DNA of 64,000 nucleotides from Porphyridium purpureum (Eukaryota): NCBI GenBank assembly GCA_008690995.1, contig VRMN01000005.1, positions 434,001 to 498,000 of the forward strand, read 5' to 3'. Shown piece by piece: positions 19,781 to 31,800 of this stretch (position 1 is its first letter; each line of letters starts with the position of its first letter). The notes under the pieces were generated by a model. It saw only the letters and a program-made list of their open reading frames with translations, ran no database searches and was not told where the DNA came from. The position numbers and the translations under genes were made by a program.

Positions 19781-20043
19781 GATACAGATCCAGCCCACTC
19801 CAAATCCTCCTCGAGCTGCTTCCGCCGCGCGCCCAGCACGTCCGCGACTGTCGAGAGCGGGCTTCGCGAGCCGACAACGAGTGTCTCCACGCCGCCTGTC
19901 TCGTCGTCTGCACCCGGTCACGCCGCCCGTCAACCATTTCTCTGCTTTCCGCGCCAATCAAGGCGTCGAGGGAGTACAGTTCGTCTGGCGGGAGGTACAG
20001 TTAGATGGATGGGGTTATTTAATCATGTTTAAAGAATCGATGT

Positions 20044-21297
20044 TTAAGTTAAATATGAATTTGGCACTTCGAGCGTGACCGCGCCGAGTCGCCCGGAGCG
20101 GAAGTCGTTCAGGATTGCGACGCCGGCACGATGGCGATCGCCTTGGAAGCAGCGCTGCGCGACCTCGTTCACATACACTTCGCCGCCCTCGCGGCACAGT
20201 ACTTCGTCAAATGGGTCGACGTTGTAGCGCTTGGTCAGTTGCGTGGCGTCAAAGAACGCGCGGTCGGTGTGCTTGCAGAGCTCCACAAGGTCGTCCACAA
20301 GTGATGCTGCCACAGACTCCGCGTCATACGCGGCCTCGCCAATATCGTTGCAGTACGCTAGCTTGAGCGCCGTGTCCTGGTCCACAAGCTTCATGGGAAT
20401 GATCCCCGGGCTGTCCAGCAGCTCAATATCCTTCGTGATCCGGATCCAGCTCAAATTGCGCGTGACGCCCGGACGGTTTTCAGACTTGGCCGCCCGCTTT
20501 TGGACCAGTCGATTGATGAGCGCCGATTTGCCTACGTTCGGGAAGCCAATAACGGCGCAACGAATCGCGCGCGGGAGCATGCCGCGTCTGACTCGTTTCT
20601 CATTCACTTTGGAGGTGAGCATCAGTATAGCGCGCTTGAGAGCGGGCACACCGTCACCCTTTTTCGAGTCAACAAAGCAGAAGGTGCCACCTATTGCGCT
20701 GGCGCTGGAACTCTCACGCTGTAGCTCCTCAGTCCAAGCGGCTCGGGCATGTTTGCTTACCATATCCACTCGGTTCAACACAATGACGCGCTGCAGCTTC
20801 TCGCCCAGCCACTCCTCGACGCTTGGGTGACTGGTGGAGAGTGGAATTCTCGCGTCACGCACCTCCAACACAACATCTACCAGCCCGAGCTTGGACCGCA
20901 ATTCGCGCTCCGCTTTCGCAATATGTCCCGGGTACCAATTGATTTTTGGCCGAAACGTACCCACCTTCGACAGCTCACCTTTCACTTTCCTCGTCGTCGG
21001 GCGCTGCGACATGGCGCCATCGTCCTCCCACGCCTCACCTTCCTCCTCACTCAAGCACACCTCCTGCTCTGACACGGACGCAGAGGCCACGACTGGGCGA
21101 CGGGCCGCCGCGGCGAGCCTTCTTCGAGCCTCGAATCCGACTCGACAGGGACCTGCCGTTCTGGCCGAGCTCGTGCGAACGGCGCAACACATCGAGTACA
21201 CGCGCACCCGAAACGGCAGACCGTTCGAGCAGCCTGAACATGCGCCGCCACCGGACGGAACGCCCAGCTGCGCCACAAACGAGGCAAATGCGACCAT
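20044..21297 (-). CDS. rbgA: Ribosome biogenesis GTPase RbgA/YlqF, probably plastid-targeted
   Basis: INWYPGH, DARIP, circularly permuted G motifs (NRVD, GFPNVGKS, PGVT, DSPG). N-terminal transit-like region. Confidence 0.92.
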   Translation of the reverse strand: MVAFASFVAQLGVPSGGGACSGCSNGLPFRVRVYSMCCAVRTSSARTAGPCRVGFEARRRLAAAARRPVVASASVSEQEVCLSEEEGEAWEDDGAMSQRPTTRKVKGELSKVGTFRPKINWYPGHIAKAERELRSKLGLVDVVLEVRDARIPLSTSHPSVEEWLGEKLQRVIVLNRVDMVSKHARAAWTEELQRESSSASAIGGTFCFVDSKKGDGVPALKRAILMLTSKVNEKRVRRGMLPRAIRCAVIGFPNVGKSALINRLVQKRAAKSENRPGVTRNLSWIRITKDIELLDSPGIIPMKLVDQDTALKLAYCNDIGEAAYDAESVAASLVDDLVELCKHTDRAFFDATQLTKRYNVDPFDEVLCREGGEVYVNEVAQRCFQGDRHRAGVAILNDFRSGRLGAVTLEVPNSYLT

Positions 21298-21536
21298 CGT
21301 CTCCGTCTGTGTGTATGGATATGCTTGTGCGGACGATCGCTCGGCCTCTCTCTCTCCCCGGCAACATCGCCGTCGAGCGCGTGGAAAAATTTCCGTGGGG
21401 TCGAGCTGTACTTTTTATACTCAAACAGGGGCGTTTTATTATGATGAGAAGAGGAGGTTAGCGGCAGCCGGGGCGAGAGGGAGAAGGAACGTGAGTGGCG
21501 AGGAACAGGAAGAGTGGGAGAAGGAGAGGCATTGAG

Positions 21537-24500
21537 ATGATGGACGGGATCGGGGTCGGGGACGCAGAGATGTCTGGACTTGGTCGCGCGGCAGGATGGC
21601 CGTCGCGTATAGTGCGGCAGACGTTCATTGATTTCTTTGTTCGCTCGCATGATCACGTGATGGTTCCGAGCAGCAGTGTGGTCCCGCACGAGGACCCGAC
21701 GCTCTTGTTCGCGAATGCTGGTATGAACCAGTTCAAGGCGATCTTCTTGGGACAGGTCGACCCGAATGCTCCCATGGCTCGCCTCAAGCGCGCAGTGAAC
21801 TCGCAAAAGTGCATCCGCGCGGGCGGGAAGCACAACGATCTTGACGACGTGGGAAAGGACACGTACCACCACACGTTCTTCGAGATGTTGGGCAACTGGT
21901 CGTTCGGTGATTACTTTAAGACTGAGGCAATTGACATGGCATTCAAGCTGCTTGTCTCGGTGTATGGCCTAGATCCGGCGCGTTTGTACGCGACATATTT
22001 CGGGGGCAACGAAGGTGTCCCTGCAGACGACGAGGCACGGAACCTGTGGCTCAAGTACTTGCCCGCGGAGCGCGTGCTTCCATTTGATGCAAAGGATAAC
22101 TTCTGGGAAATGGGCGACACGGGGCCATGCGGCCCGTGCACGGAATTGCACTATGACCGCATCGGTGGTGGGCGCGACGCCGCAGCGATGGTGAACGCTG
22201 ATGATCCCAATGTCATTGAGATCTGGAACTTGGTGTTCATTCAGTTCAATCGCGAGCCAGATGGCTCACTGCGCGCGCTTCCGAATAAGCATGTAGATAC
22301 TGGCATGGGATTTGAGAGGATTACGAGTATTCTGCAGAACAAGTTGAGCAATTATGACACGGACGTGTTTACACCAATCTTTGACGCTATACAGAAAGTG
22401 ACCGGCGCACCAGCATATACCGGTAAATTGGGCGTGCGCGAGCCGGATGCGCTGCGTGACATGGCATACCGCGTTGTGGCAGATCATATCCGCACGCTTA
22501 GCTTTGCGATCGCAGACGGTGCTGTCCCGAGCAACGAGGGGCGTGGCTACGTGCTCCGCCGTATTCTCAGGCGAGCTGTTCGCTACGGTAATCAGTTTCT
22601 GGACTTCAAGCCGGGATACTTTTCCTCACTAGTGCCGAGTCTTTGTTCGCATATGGGCGAATTTTTCCCGGAACTTCGTACGAAGCAGCAACTCATTTAT
22701 GATATTATCCATGATGAGGAGATGACGTTTACCCGCACACTGTCACGTGGGCTAGAACGCTTCAGTAAGTTTGCCGCCTTGGCCGAGGAGCAGCACACAA
22801 GCATGATCTCTGGCAAGGACGCATTCTTCTTGTACGACACGATGGGGTTCCCGCTTGATTTGACGCAGCTTATGGCAGAAGAGCGCGGGATGAGCGTGGA
22901 TGTCGAAGGGTACAACGTGGCCATGGAAGAAGCCAAAGCGCGGTCGCGCGCAGATCGTTCGAAAGGTTCCGCCATAAGTGGGGGCGCAGGAGGACGTCTT
23001 GTTCTGGAAGCCGAGCAGACAGATGCGCTGATGAACGCATTGAGCGTACCGATAACGGACTCAACGCTCAAGTACGTGTGGTACAAAACGCCCCGTGTGA
23101 CAGTGCGCGCAATTTTCGGGGGCAGCGCGGTTGGCTTCTGTGATTCGCTCGCACAACTCGCGCAAAAGCTGGATGTCGCGTCGTCAAGTCCGAACCCTAG
23201 CATTGAGGCCGGCGTACCGTTCGGAATCGTCACAGATCGCACTAGTTTCTACGCGGAGCAAGGTGGACAGGTTGCAGACACAGGCAAGATTTACGTGAGT
23301 GGCAGCACAAACGAATCGTCGTTAGAACCTTTTGATTTGGAGGTGCTAGATGTCCAAGTATTCGGCGGTTATGTGCTTCATGTGGCGACGCTCGGGCGTG
23401 GATCGCCGGCTGGTGCGGACGTTCGAGTCGGTCAGGAAGTAGAATTGGCGGTAGACTACGAACGCCGTGCTTTGATCGCGCCCAACCACACGCTGACACA
23501 CGTGCTGAACTATGCCTTGCGTAAGGTGCTTGGAACCGATGCAGACCAGCGCGGTTCGCTTGTTGATGACTCGAAGCTGCGATTTGATTTCGCGTACAAC
23601 AAGCCATTGTCGGAGCATGAGCTCGAAGCTGTGGAGGCTGAAGTGCGAGCTCAAATTCAGGCGCAACTGACGGTGTATGATCGTGTGATTCCGCTGGCAG
23701 ACGCGAAGAACATTCACTCCCTTCGAGCGGTGTTTGGAGAGGTGTACCCGGATCCTGTGCGTGTGATTTCAGTGGGCGTTCCGGTACAGGATCTCGTCCA
23801 AGACCCAGAGAGCCAAGCATGGACTGCGTACAGTATTGAGCTGTGTGGTGGGACGCACCTGGAAAACACGGGGCAGGCGCATTCGTTCGCTTTGATTGAG
23901 GAAGGAAGCGTTGCAAAAGGCGTGCGGCGCATCACGGCCTGCACATCGGATCTGGCCGCCTCTGCTCTGAAGCGTGGCGAAGACCTAAGCGCGCTTGTGA
24001 GTGATCTTGAACACATGGCGAGCAGGGAAGATCGTTTGACGCAGCTTCTGGATAATGCTGATCCCAAGTCGATTGCTGCTGTGGGCAAGCAGATTGACGA
24101 CGCTGTGATCAGCGCGCACGTGAAGCTGCGGCTGCGCACGCGTATGGGGAGCATCAAGGAAAAGGCGATGAAGGCGCAGAAGGAGGCGCAGGCATTGCGC
24201 CAGGCGCAGGCGATGGAAGCGGCCCTCACCCTTTCCCAGCAAGCGAGCGCGGACGGCAGAAAGTTAGTTGTCGCAGCAGTTCCTACGGACGCCAAGTCGG
24301 CTCCCAAGTTAGTGAGTGCTATGCAGGACGTGCTGGGCGATAAGGCTTGTGTGCTAATCGTGAGTGCAGATGACGCCAAGGGCAAAGTGAACCTGTGGGC
24401 CAGCTCGAAGGATGACCGACTGAGTGCCGTGGACTGGGCAGGCCACTGCCTAAGCTCTTTGGGGGGCAAGGCGGGAGGCAAGACTGGGTTTGCACAGGGA

Positions 24501-24608
24501 TCAATCTCGGTGGGCGCTGGTGCGTCAGCTGCCATGTCGCCGGCACAGGGCGTCGAACAGATTATGCAGCTGGCCGCGGAGTTTGCGGATGCGCTCAAGC
24601 TCGAGTAG
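21537..24608 (+). CDS. alaS: Alanyl-tRNA synthetase
   Basis: DPTLLFANAGMNQFK, HHTFFEMLGNWSFGDYFK, DTGMGFER, editing HTLTH and ELCGGTH, C-terminal GGKAGG. Confidence 0.97.
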   Translation: MMDGIGVGDAEMSGLGRAAGWPSRIVRQTFIDFFVRSHDHVMVPSSSVVPHEDPTLLFANAGMNQFKAIFLGQVDPNAPMARLKRAVNSQKCIRAGGKHNDLDDVGKDTYHHTFFEMLGNWSFGDYFKTEAIDMAFKLLVSVYGLDPARLYATYFGGNEGVPADDEARNLWLKYLPAERVLPFDAKDNFWEMGDTGPCGPCTELHYDRIGGGRDAAAMVNADDPNVIEIWNLVFIQFNREPDGSLRALPNKHVDTGMGFERITSILQNKLSNYDTDVFTPIFDAIQKVTGAPAYTGKLGVREPDALRDMAYRVVADHIRTLSFAIADGAVPSNEGRGYVLRRILRRAVRYGNQFLDFKPGYFSSLVPSLCSHMGEFFPELRTKQQLIYDIIHDEEMTFTRTLSRGLERFSKFAALAEEQHTSMISGKDAFFLYDTMGFPLDLTQLMAEERGMSVDVEGYNVAMEEAKARSRADRSKGSAISGGAGGRLVLEAEQTDALMNALSVPITDSTLKYVWYKTPRVTVRAIFGGSAVGFCDSLAQLAQKLDVASSSPNPSIEAGVPFGIVTDRTSFYAEQGGQVADTGKIYVSGSTNESSLEPFDLEVLDVQVFGGYVLHVATLGRGSPAGADVRVGQEVELAVDYERRALIAPNHTLTHVLNYALRKVLGTDADQRGSLVDDSKLRFDFAYNKPLSEHELEAVEAEVRAQIQAQLTVYDRVIPLADAKNIHSLRAVFGEVYPDPVRVISVGVPVQDLVQDPESQAWTAYSIELCGGTHLENTGQAHSFALIEEGSVAKGVRRITACTSDLAASALKRGEDLSALVSDLEHMASREDRLTQLLDNADPKSIAAVGKQIDDAVISAHVKLRLRTRMGSIKEKAMKAQKEAQALRQAQAMEAALTLSQQASADGRKLVVAAVPTDAKSAPKLVSAMQDVLGDKACVLIVSADDAKGKVNLWASSKDDRLSAVDWAGHCLSSLGGKAGGKTGFAQGSISVGAGASAAMSPAQGVEQIMQLAAEFADALKLE

Positions 24609-24762
24609 AGTTTAGGGTTCGGAGTTCGCCCTATTTTGCATAGTAAATCGCGCGGATTCGATAAGCGGCTGTGTGCAAGCCACTTAATCCATTGGGGAAC
24701 ACACCGTCGGCGGCCTGTGGGAGTGCGAGAGCGCAGGTGTTGACGCACGGCGCCATGCAGTC

Positions 24763-26985
24763 ATGGAGCTGTGGGAAATCTATGCGCAGAAGCTGCGCAC
24801 TCTCTTGCTCGATGCGTACAGGCGCGTCCCGCGCCGCGTATGGGCTCTTTCCATGACCGTGCTTCTGGCACTCATGCTCGTCGTCGTGCCATGGTGGTTT
24901 GCCACACAGGCTGGCCTCGCGCCAGGGGCTTCCGCTGCGCAGGTGTGGGAAGCTCACGCGGCTACTCCCATGCGATACGTCACACACATCGACGGTGTAC
25001 AAATTCTTCGCGAGGACAGATCAGGCGTCGACCCGCAACGCGCAATCGATGATGACCGTGACGAGGACGAGGATGATGCGCCTGCGCGTGCCGCAGATGC
25101 AAGCGGCGGCGTGCATGAAGCAGATGGAGACGGCATGGCTTTTGTCTCAGCATTGGAGAAGATTGAAGGACCGGGTTGGCTTCATAATTCAAGTGCTTCA
25201 GGGAGTTCTGCACGGGCCGACGAGGAAATGGACCATCTTGATGAGCAAGCGAATGGGCAGAACGACGACGATGATGATGATCTCGAGACAGCCGATCAGG
25301 CGCATCGAAGTAGCACACGTAATCACATCTCAATAATGTACCCGTCCCGTGCATGCGTGGGTAGTTTTGTGCTGGAGGATGGAGCCGGACAGACAAACTC
25401 GACGTCGCCAATTGACCCAAACCGTGACCCTTTCGTGCTTCATGAAAACGCGGTGATTGTGCGTGACGTAGTTCTTGACCGGCGATGGCCAATCAAAAAA
25501 TTCTTGCCGACACCGGAGCACGGCAGAATGAGCGTGCTAATAAGCCTTGGGCGCAACCGGCGGCTTGTGCGCGAACACTGCGAGATACGACTGAAGGATA
25601 TGCGCAGAGAGTTGCCGCGCAAGTCAATTGAGATAGAGTCGATTCTACCGCTGTCTAAACTAACTCATGGGCTCAAGCGCTATAACGATTCGGACTGGAT
25701 TCTTAGCGCAAAGCTGAGTCCAGCTTTAGTCAAAGGTAGCTCTTTCAAATACCCACCAAAGCGCTTCGTGGTACGCCTGAAGCTCGCAGTGAGCAGCATT
25801 GAAACCGATGCAACAGAATCTAGCTCAGCAAATGAACAGACACCTCATACCACATGGCAGCATGTGTTCACCGGCAAGTTTTACCTTCGCTGCGCGACCG
25901 AGTGGGACGCGCGCGATGTGAATACCGCGCCGATCCTGCGAAAGTCACCAGCTTCGTGCGCAGAGGCACGCGGCGCAGCTGTATTAGCTGGTGGCGCATT
26001 ATTTGGGGACTCCATATTTGACGGCAAACAGATTGCGAATTTTGCTGCTCGTAGTTTGCTAGGGCGAATATTCTTTGATGCGGTGCTTGTCCCTGTGAGA
26101 CCAACGCACAGTGTGTCAAAAATCCAGGCATTGTGTGCAAGAGATGCAGAGCCGGATCGCGCGGAGCAGTGCGCGGAAGACATGCACCGCGAAAATTCGG
26201 ATGATCTACAACGATTGGCACACAAGATCGAGGACGAGTTGCAGGAGTTGGGCGTACCAAGCGAATTCTTCGACAAAATTGTGCTCTTTTCTTTCTGCAG
26301 GCTAGGCTCCGTCCCGAATTCAATCGAGGATTCCAGTGGCGGGCCGTGTGATTTGTCGCACTACCATGGTCAGAGTATGGCGTTGTTCGCGGGTCATGCT
26401 TTGTTCAGTGGGTATTTTGAATGGACTGTGGCTTATGACATTGATGAGTTCCTTGCGCCGTCGAAGCGATGGATGGAACGTGTTTCCGCTCGAAACCTGC
26501 TAACCCGCCTACGCGCTGAGTACGGGCGAGCTGCGTTTCGGTTTTCGTGGCTCAATGTTGTTGCCCCTGGTGTCGAGCGCATGCGAAACCTTTCGCGTAT
26601 CATCATGAATGGCGCCATTTCCGCGCCGCCGCGGCTTGTAGATATGGAATGTCAACCATCCTCGGAATGCTACAAGGATTTCAAGTTTTCGAAAAACTCG
26701 CTTGGCAAAGTAGCGCTGGACTGCCGCTCAGGTATGGTCCTGAATGTACACAAAGTGTTCCGCCTTGCGCCAGGCGCGTCGAGCATGGATCAGCTGGTTG
26801 CCGGCATGGTCGAAGTTGGCAGCGAAGCTCGTACCTGGCACATTCGCTCAGAGGCACGTGAAGGGCTCGTAGGACTGTGTATGTATGCTCCTGACCCCGA
26901 TGTATGCCCGCGCACTACTGTCTCTGCGGACACAAGTCGTGAACGTGTTCCCCTGCAGATAGCTAGGAATGAACAGCATTTATGA
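24763..26985 (+). CDS. Type II membrane protein, putative glycosyltransferase (GT92/GT-A-like)
   Basis: N-terminal TM anchor, acidic stem, C-terminal globular domain with VAYDIDEFL (DxDEF) motif followed by K...H...H residues. Confidence 0.6.
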   Translation: MELWEIYAQKLRTLLLDAYRRVPRRVWALSMTVLLALMLVVVPWWFATQAGLAPGASAAQVWEAHAATPMRYVTHIDGVQILREDRSGVDPQRAIDDDRDEDEDDAPARAADASGGVHEADGDGMAFVSALEKIEGPGWLHNSSASGSSARADEEMDHLDEQANGQNDDDDDDLETADQAHRSSTRNHISIMYPSRACVGSFVLEDGAGQTNSTSPIDPNRDPFVLHENAVIVRDVVLDRRWPIKKFLPTPEHGRMSVLISLGRNRRLVREHCEIRLKDMRRELPRKSIEIESILPLSKLTHGLKRYNDSDWILSAKLSPALVKGSSFKYPPKRFVVRLKLAVSSIETDATESSSANEQTPHTTWQHVFTGKFYLRCATEWDARDVNTAPILRKSPASCAEARGAAVLAGGALFGDSIFDGKQIANFAARSLLGRIFFDAVLVPVRPTHSVSKIQALCARDAEPDRAEQCAEDMHRENSDDLQRLAHKIEDELQELGVPSEFFDKIVLFSFCRLGSVPNSIEDSSGGPCDLSHYHGQSMALFAGHALFSGYFEWTVAYDIDEFLAPSKRWMERVSARNLLTRLRAEYGRAAFRFSWLNVVAPGVERMRNLSRIIMNGAISAPPRLVDMECQPSSECYKDFKFSKNSLGKVALDCRSGMVLNVHKVFRLAPGASSMDQLVAGMVEVGSEARTWHIRSEAREGLVGLCMYAPDPDVCPRTTVSADTSRERVPLQIARNEQHL

Positions 26986-27010
26986 CATTCTTCTGTCTAA
27001 AATTTTGGAT

Positions 27011-27979
27011 TCAGCTCGCGGTCTGTAAGATCTCCTGCGTTACTGTTTCAATCCATTCGCGCTCACGCCTGGACAGGGTTGCATCAGTCGAGGCCGTGAC
27101 AGGACCCAAAGCGACAAGGAGACGGTCATCACCTTTACCCACTGGCACCACAAAGGCGCTACACTCCGGGTTCACAACAAACGGAATGTCTACACCAGGC
27201 GGTAGTGTGCTCAGATTATCCAAGTACAAAGACTGGCCTTCTGCCTTGACGCGGCGAATGACCTCCCCAAGATCTTCACCGGCCGACAAGCTTCGAATTC
27301 GCCCAACATTTCCCGAAACAGTTGCCGCTTGGTCTGCTTGTTCTTTAACAATCGCACAACAGTCCATGATTGTCAGATCCACTACAGATTCGACGAGCCA
27401 CTGCTCGATCGTCCCTGTTGAGTCCCTCGACATTGGCTGGATGTTCAAAGGAATGCCGCCTTCGTCAAAGCCACTCGAATTCGCATCGGTGTCAGCGACG
27501 GGAGTGGCACCCGCAGACACATTTTGGGCATTGCTACTTTGAGCAGAAGGAACTGCCGGTGCATTCATTTGCTTGAAGGCGATGGATAAGAGTGACAAGG
27601 CCGCCAGCGCGGCAACACTCTCGGAAAGTAACGTGTGCCAAGATGCGTTCAACCCTGGACCACTTGAGTGGTTCCAAGTGAGCAGGAGGCCAGCAACAGT
27701 ACCAATAAAGATACGCAGGCGCGGGCCCTCGAGGCCCGGAATGTAAAATCCGCCACCCTTCTCGATGGCGATGCTTGGACGCTTGTAAAGTGCTTTTGAA
27801 CCCTTGTCCTGCATGGGCCCGTTTGGGCCGTTTTGCGGGGCAACCATTGACGGCTTCTTCATCTGTCGCGACCAAACAGGCCTCTTGCCGGAGCACAGCG
27901 CAGTACTAGAGACATGGCCAAAGCGCTGACGCCAAGTTCTTGGTGCGGCTGGAATCGAGTGGAATGCTTGTGCCGCCAT
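27011..27979 (-). CDS. CCB2: Cofactor assembly of complex C subunit B, CCB2/CCB4 family (cytochrome b6f heme ci biogenesis)
   Basis: GGGFYIPGLEGPRLR followed by two TM segments and a GAF-like C-terminus. Transit-like N-terminus. Confidence 0.75.
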   Translation of the reverse strand: MAAQAFHSIPAAPRTWRQRFGHVSSTALCSGKRPVWSRQMKKPSMVAPQNGPNGPMQDKGSKALYKRPSIAIEKGGGFYIPGLEGPRLRIFIGTVAGLLLTWNHSSGPGLNASWHTLLSESVAALAALSLLSIAFKQMNAPAVPSAQSSNAQNVSAGATPVADTDANSSGFDEGGIPLNIQPMSRDSTGTIEQWLVESVVDLTIMDCCAIVKEQADQAATVSGNVGRIRSLSAGEDLGEVIRRVKAEGQSLYLDNLSTLPPGVDIPFVVNPECSAFVVPVGKGDDRLLVALGPVTASTDATLSRREREWIETVTQEILQTAS

Positions 27980-28852
27980 GTTCAAGAAAGTGTGTCTGCG
28001 TCTCCTGCTCGGACGTAACGACTCTATACCGGAATCAGAAAGGACGTATGTTTTCTCAAGTCAGAATCCAAATCCATAGTCCATACAAAGACATACGACC
28101 AAGCGCAAGTCTGTTGCCAGGATTGATGTGCGTGCCAGTAAATGACACCGACGACACCCACACACCAAAAGGATGGTGCTGGCGGTAGTCGGCAACACGT
28201 TGGTCACGCCAAGATTTTAATCTGGCACCATTTTTGAGCCGATCCCGCACGGACCAAATAAAGGTCGCGGGTATACCGGCCTTCGATCAAGTGCACACGA
28301 CGACGCAGACCTCCGACGAGGCCCGCGCCGTGACCAACAAAGGAAACAGCAGTAAGATGGCGATACACGTACCTCTGGTCGCAGCAACAACACCACACGG
28401 GTAAGGACAGACAGACGAAGCGCGCGCGCGCGTGCGCGCTCTCTCAGAAACGTGGTTGTGTGTGTCAGCCAAGCGCCTTGCGTCAAGGACGCTCGAAAGG
28501 AACAACTCGGCTTGTGCCCGTGTCTGCCTCTGCGGCCGCGTGGAGGTTCACGACCAAGCAGGCGGTACAGCGGATCAGAAAACGAGCTGTACCTGCATCT
28601 CTGTAAGCGCAATGAAAAGTCTCTGGTTTGGCGCGAGTCGTGCTGGCCAATCCCGCGAATGCCCCCTGTGCGGCTCCATGGCACGCAGATGGACTGCAAA
28701 TGTTTTTATCCAAGACAACACGGGAGGACTATGTGAACATCACAGGTGTGATTGAAGACGGACAGCAAGAAGCAGATGAGAATGGCGATGAAGACACGCG
28801 AGCCCGGACGCGAGAGAACATGGTCTGCGTGTGCGTGACGTGCGCGGTGGAG

Positions 28853-31800
28853 TTACAGGCGCGAAGAGGTGGTAGCATCGTCGGTGATTTCAATGACAGC
28901 AGCAGCACCCATGCCCGTGCCAATACACATGCTCACCACGCCGTATTTTCCGCCACGGCGCTCGAGCTCGTTGATGATACTGACCGTGAGCCGCGCGCCA
29001 GTCATACCCAGCGGGTGCCCAATGGCGATGGCACCTCCGTTGACGTTCACAATGTCGCGGTTGAGCTGCAGCACGTCGATACAGTACTCGGCCTGCGATC
29101 CAAACGCCTCATTCACCTCGAACAGATCAATATCCTCCTTCACGAGTCCGGCCTTTTCAAGCACGGCCGGAATCGCCTCGGCCGGGCCAATCCCCATGAC
29201 GGCAGGATCTACGCCCACCACTGCAAACGCGCGGAACGTGGCGCGAATCGGCAGCCCGCGCGTGCGCGCCTCGGACCGCTTCATAAGCAGTGTCATGGCC
29301 GCACCGTCGCTCAGCTGTGACGAGTTGCCAGCGGTGGTCGTGCCGTCTTTCTGGAAGACTGGCTTCAGTTTAGCCATTCCTTTCAAGCTGGTCCCAATCC
29401 TGATTCCTTCATCTTGCTCGACCGTGATTGCGCGCACCTGCGGCTGCGCCGCCTTGTCGTCCTTTGGCGGCGGAATTACGACCTTGGTTTTGATGGGCAC
29501 AATCTCACTTGCCTGCTTCCTGCTCAGTAAACTATTACCTGCACGTGAGTGGCTCACCACCGCGAGTCTGTCCTGTTTGTCCCGAGGCACACCGTATCGA
29601 AGCGCCACGTTCTCGCTCGTCTCACCCATGGACAAATAGCAATCCATCGCGTGTTCCACTTCCTTGGCACGCGGGTTCATCGTGAGGTCCTTGTTTGTAA
29701 ACGGGGCGCCGCTCATACTTTCCACGCCGCCTGCCATGGCAATGTTGTAATGTCCTGCCTGAATACTAGCAGCGGCATCCGCAATTGCCTGCAAGCCGGA
29801 GGAGCACAGTCGATTAATCGTACGGACGGGCGTGGTGACGGGCAAGCCAGCAAACACTCCTGCCACACGCGTCTGTACCACGCCACTATCGCCACGCGGC
29901 AGCACCATGCCTAGGACCACATCATCCACGTCGTCTGGATTTATGCCGGAATCGCGCAGCAGACGCGCCATGACGGGCGCCACAAGATCTTCTGGCTGCG
30001 TATCTTTCAATCCCCCGCGATATGCGCGGCCAACGGCTGTGCGCAGAGCACCCACGATCACAATGTCATCTGGCGAGCCAGACGTGCGCCGCGGACGCGG
30101 CGCGTAGCAAATTGAAGCACAATGGTTATATGCTAGACGCACCAGCGCGTGCGAAGGTGCGAAGAGCGGCAGGCCCCCGGACAATTCATGCATCGCGCGG
30201 AGTCGATCTACCAAGCCGCGCGGGCCACCGCACGCTTCATTGGCCCAGTGCAGCAAGCCACCACGGTAGTGTGGGAATCCGTAACCAAAGACCGAGCACA
30301 AGTCAAGGTCGGAACCTTCATTCACGACTTTTTCTTCCAAGATTCGGCACGCTTCGTTCACGCAGGGCAAGAGCACCAGTTCCACCAGCTGACTTGGGCT
30401 TAAATTCGGGCTCACCAACTTGGCACCACGTGCAAGTACCTGCTTGTCTCGTGCGGCCTGGATGAGGGGCTCCAGCGCCTCCGCGTCTGCAATGGGTACG
30501 CGGCTCTTGTTCTCGTACCTGTAGAACCCAGCGCCACTCTTCTGCCCCTTGCGTCCTGTCGCCAGAAGCGCTTCAAGCAGACCGTCGTTAAAGGTGCGCT
30601 CGGCGAAAGCCATGTCAAAGGTAGAGCCTACGGCAACACCGACATCAAGTCCCACCTGGTCGAGCAGTTTGAATGCGCCCAAAGCAAGTCCAAAATCGGC
30701 CATGGCTCGGTCAATGTCGTACGGGTGGACACCCAGACCTGTGACAGCAAAGCTCGCCGCCTGGCCCTGCGGAAAGTACATGCGGTTCACTGCGAAACCG
30801 GCGCAGTTGCCCACCACAATGGGTGTTTTCTTGCACTTTTTTGCGAGCTGAATGCACGCCTTGACTACTTCCGGGCTGGTGGAGTGCGTCTGCACGATTT
30901 CCCACAGAGGCATCAAGTGCGCGGGCGAGAAAAAATGCGCACCAATCACGCGGCCTTGTACGTAGTGCTCCTTGGGAATCAGTGCGGCCACAAGATCAAT
31001 GTTGATGGTGGACGTGTTGGTGCCAAGAATGCAATGAGACGGCGCGACCTGGGCCATGGTTTTCAAAATTTCCTGCTTGAGTTTCACGTCTTCCAGCACC
31101 GCCTCGATACCCATATCGATGCGCGAAAGATCATCCCACGATGTCGTCACAGACACAAGCTCAAGTGCCGAGGCATATTTTTCAGACAGGTTTCGCTTCA
31201 CACGCGCATGCGCCGCTTCAGCGGCGTTCGAGTCGATTTCCTTAATAATCACACGAATGCCAGCCTTTGCCATGACCGTGGCGATACCTGCGCCCATCAG
31301 CCCGCCTCCAATGACTCCCACAAGCTGGATGGGCCGCGCGGCGGACGCTTGTTGTTGCTGCGGATGCACAGCAGATGCACCAAGATCGAGCGGCGCCGCT
31401 TGCTTGCGCTGCGCAAAGAACATGTGGATAAGCGCCCGGGACACTGGACCAGATAAGCATTCCAAAAAGATGCGCCCTTCTTCTCTGAGCCCTGCCGCGC
31501 CGCCGTGCTGCGCACCATGCAGCGCAGCGCGCACACAGCCCGCGAACTGCGGCATCGACCCGTTTGACGACATTTTTTTAAAGTCTTTGGACTGGAGTGT
31601 AGCCTCCGCGATCTGCGTGCATTTTTCTGCGCTGCCAATCTTGTCGGAGCGCTGCAGCGAGAACTTGCGCAGCGACGGCTGTGCGGCGAGCATTTCAGCG
31701 TACGCGACTGCCGCGGTTTCGACGTCGTGCGGCCTGTCCACGAGCTTGTCCATCAGCCCAAGCTCGTTTGCGCGCGTCGCAGAGATGGTTTCAGACGCCA

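Noticed and set aside
27990..28850. Possible small gene between CCB2 and the beta-oxidation fusion
   Set aside because: Only short ORFs without motifs, and no consistent exon structure could be built.
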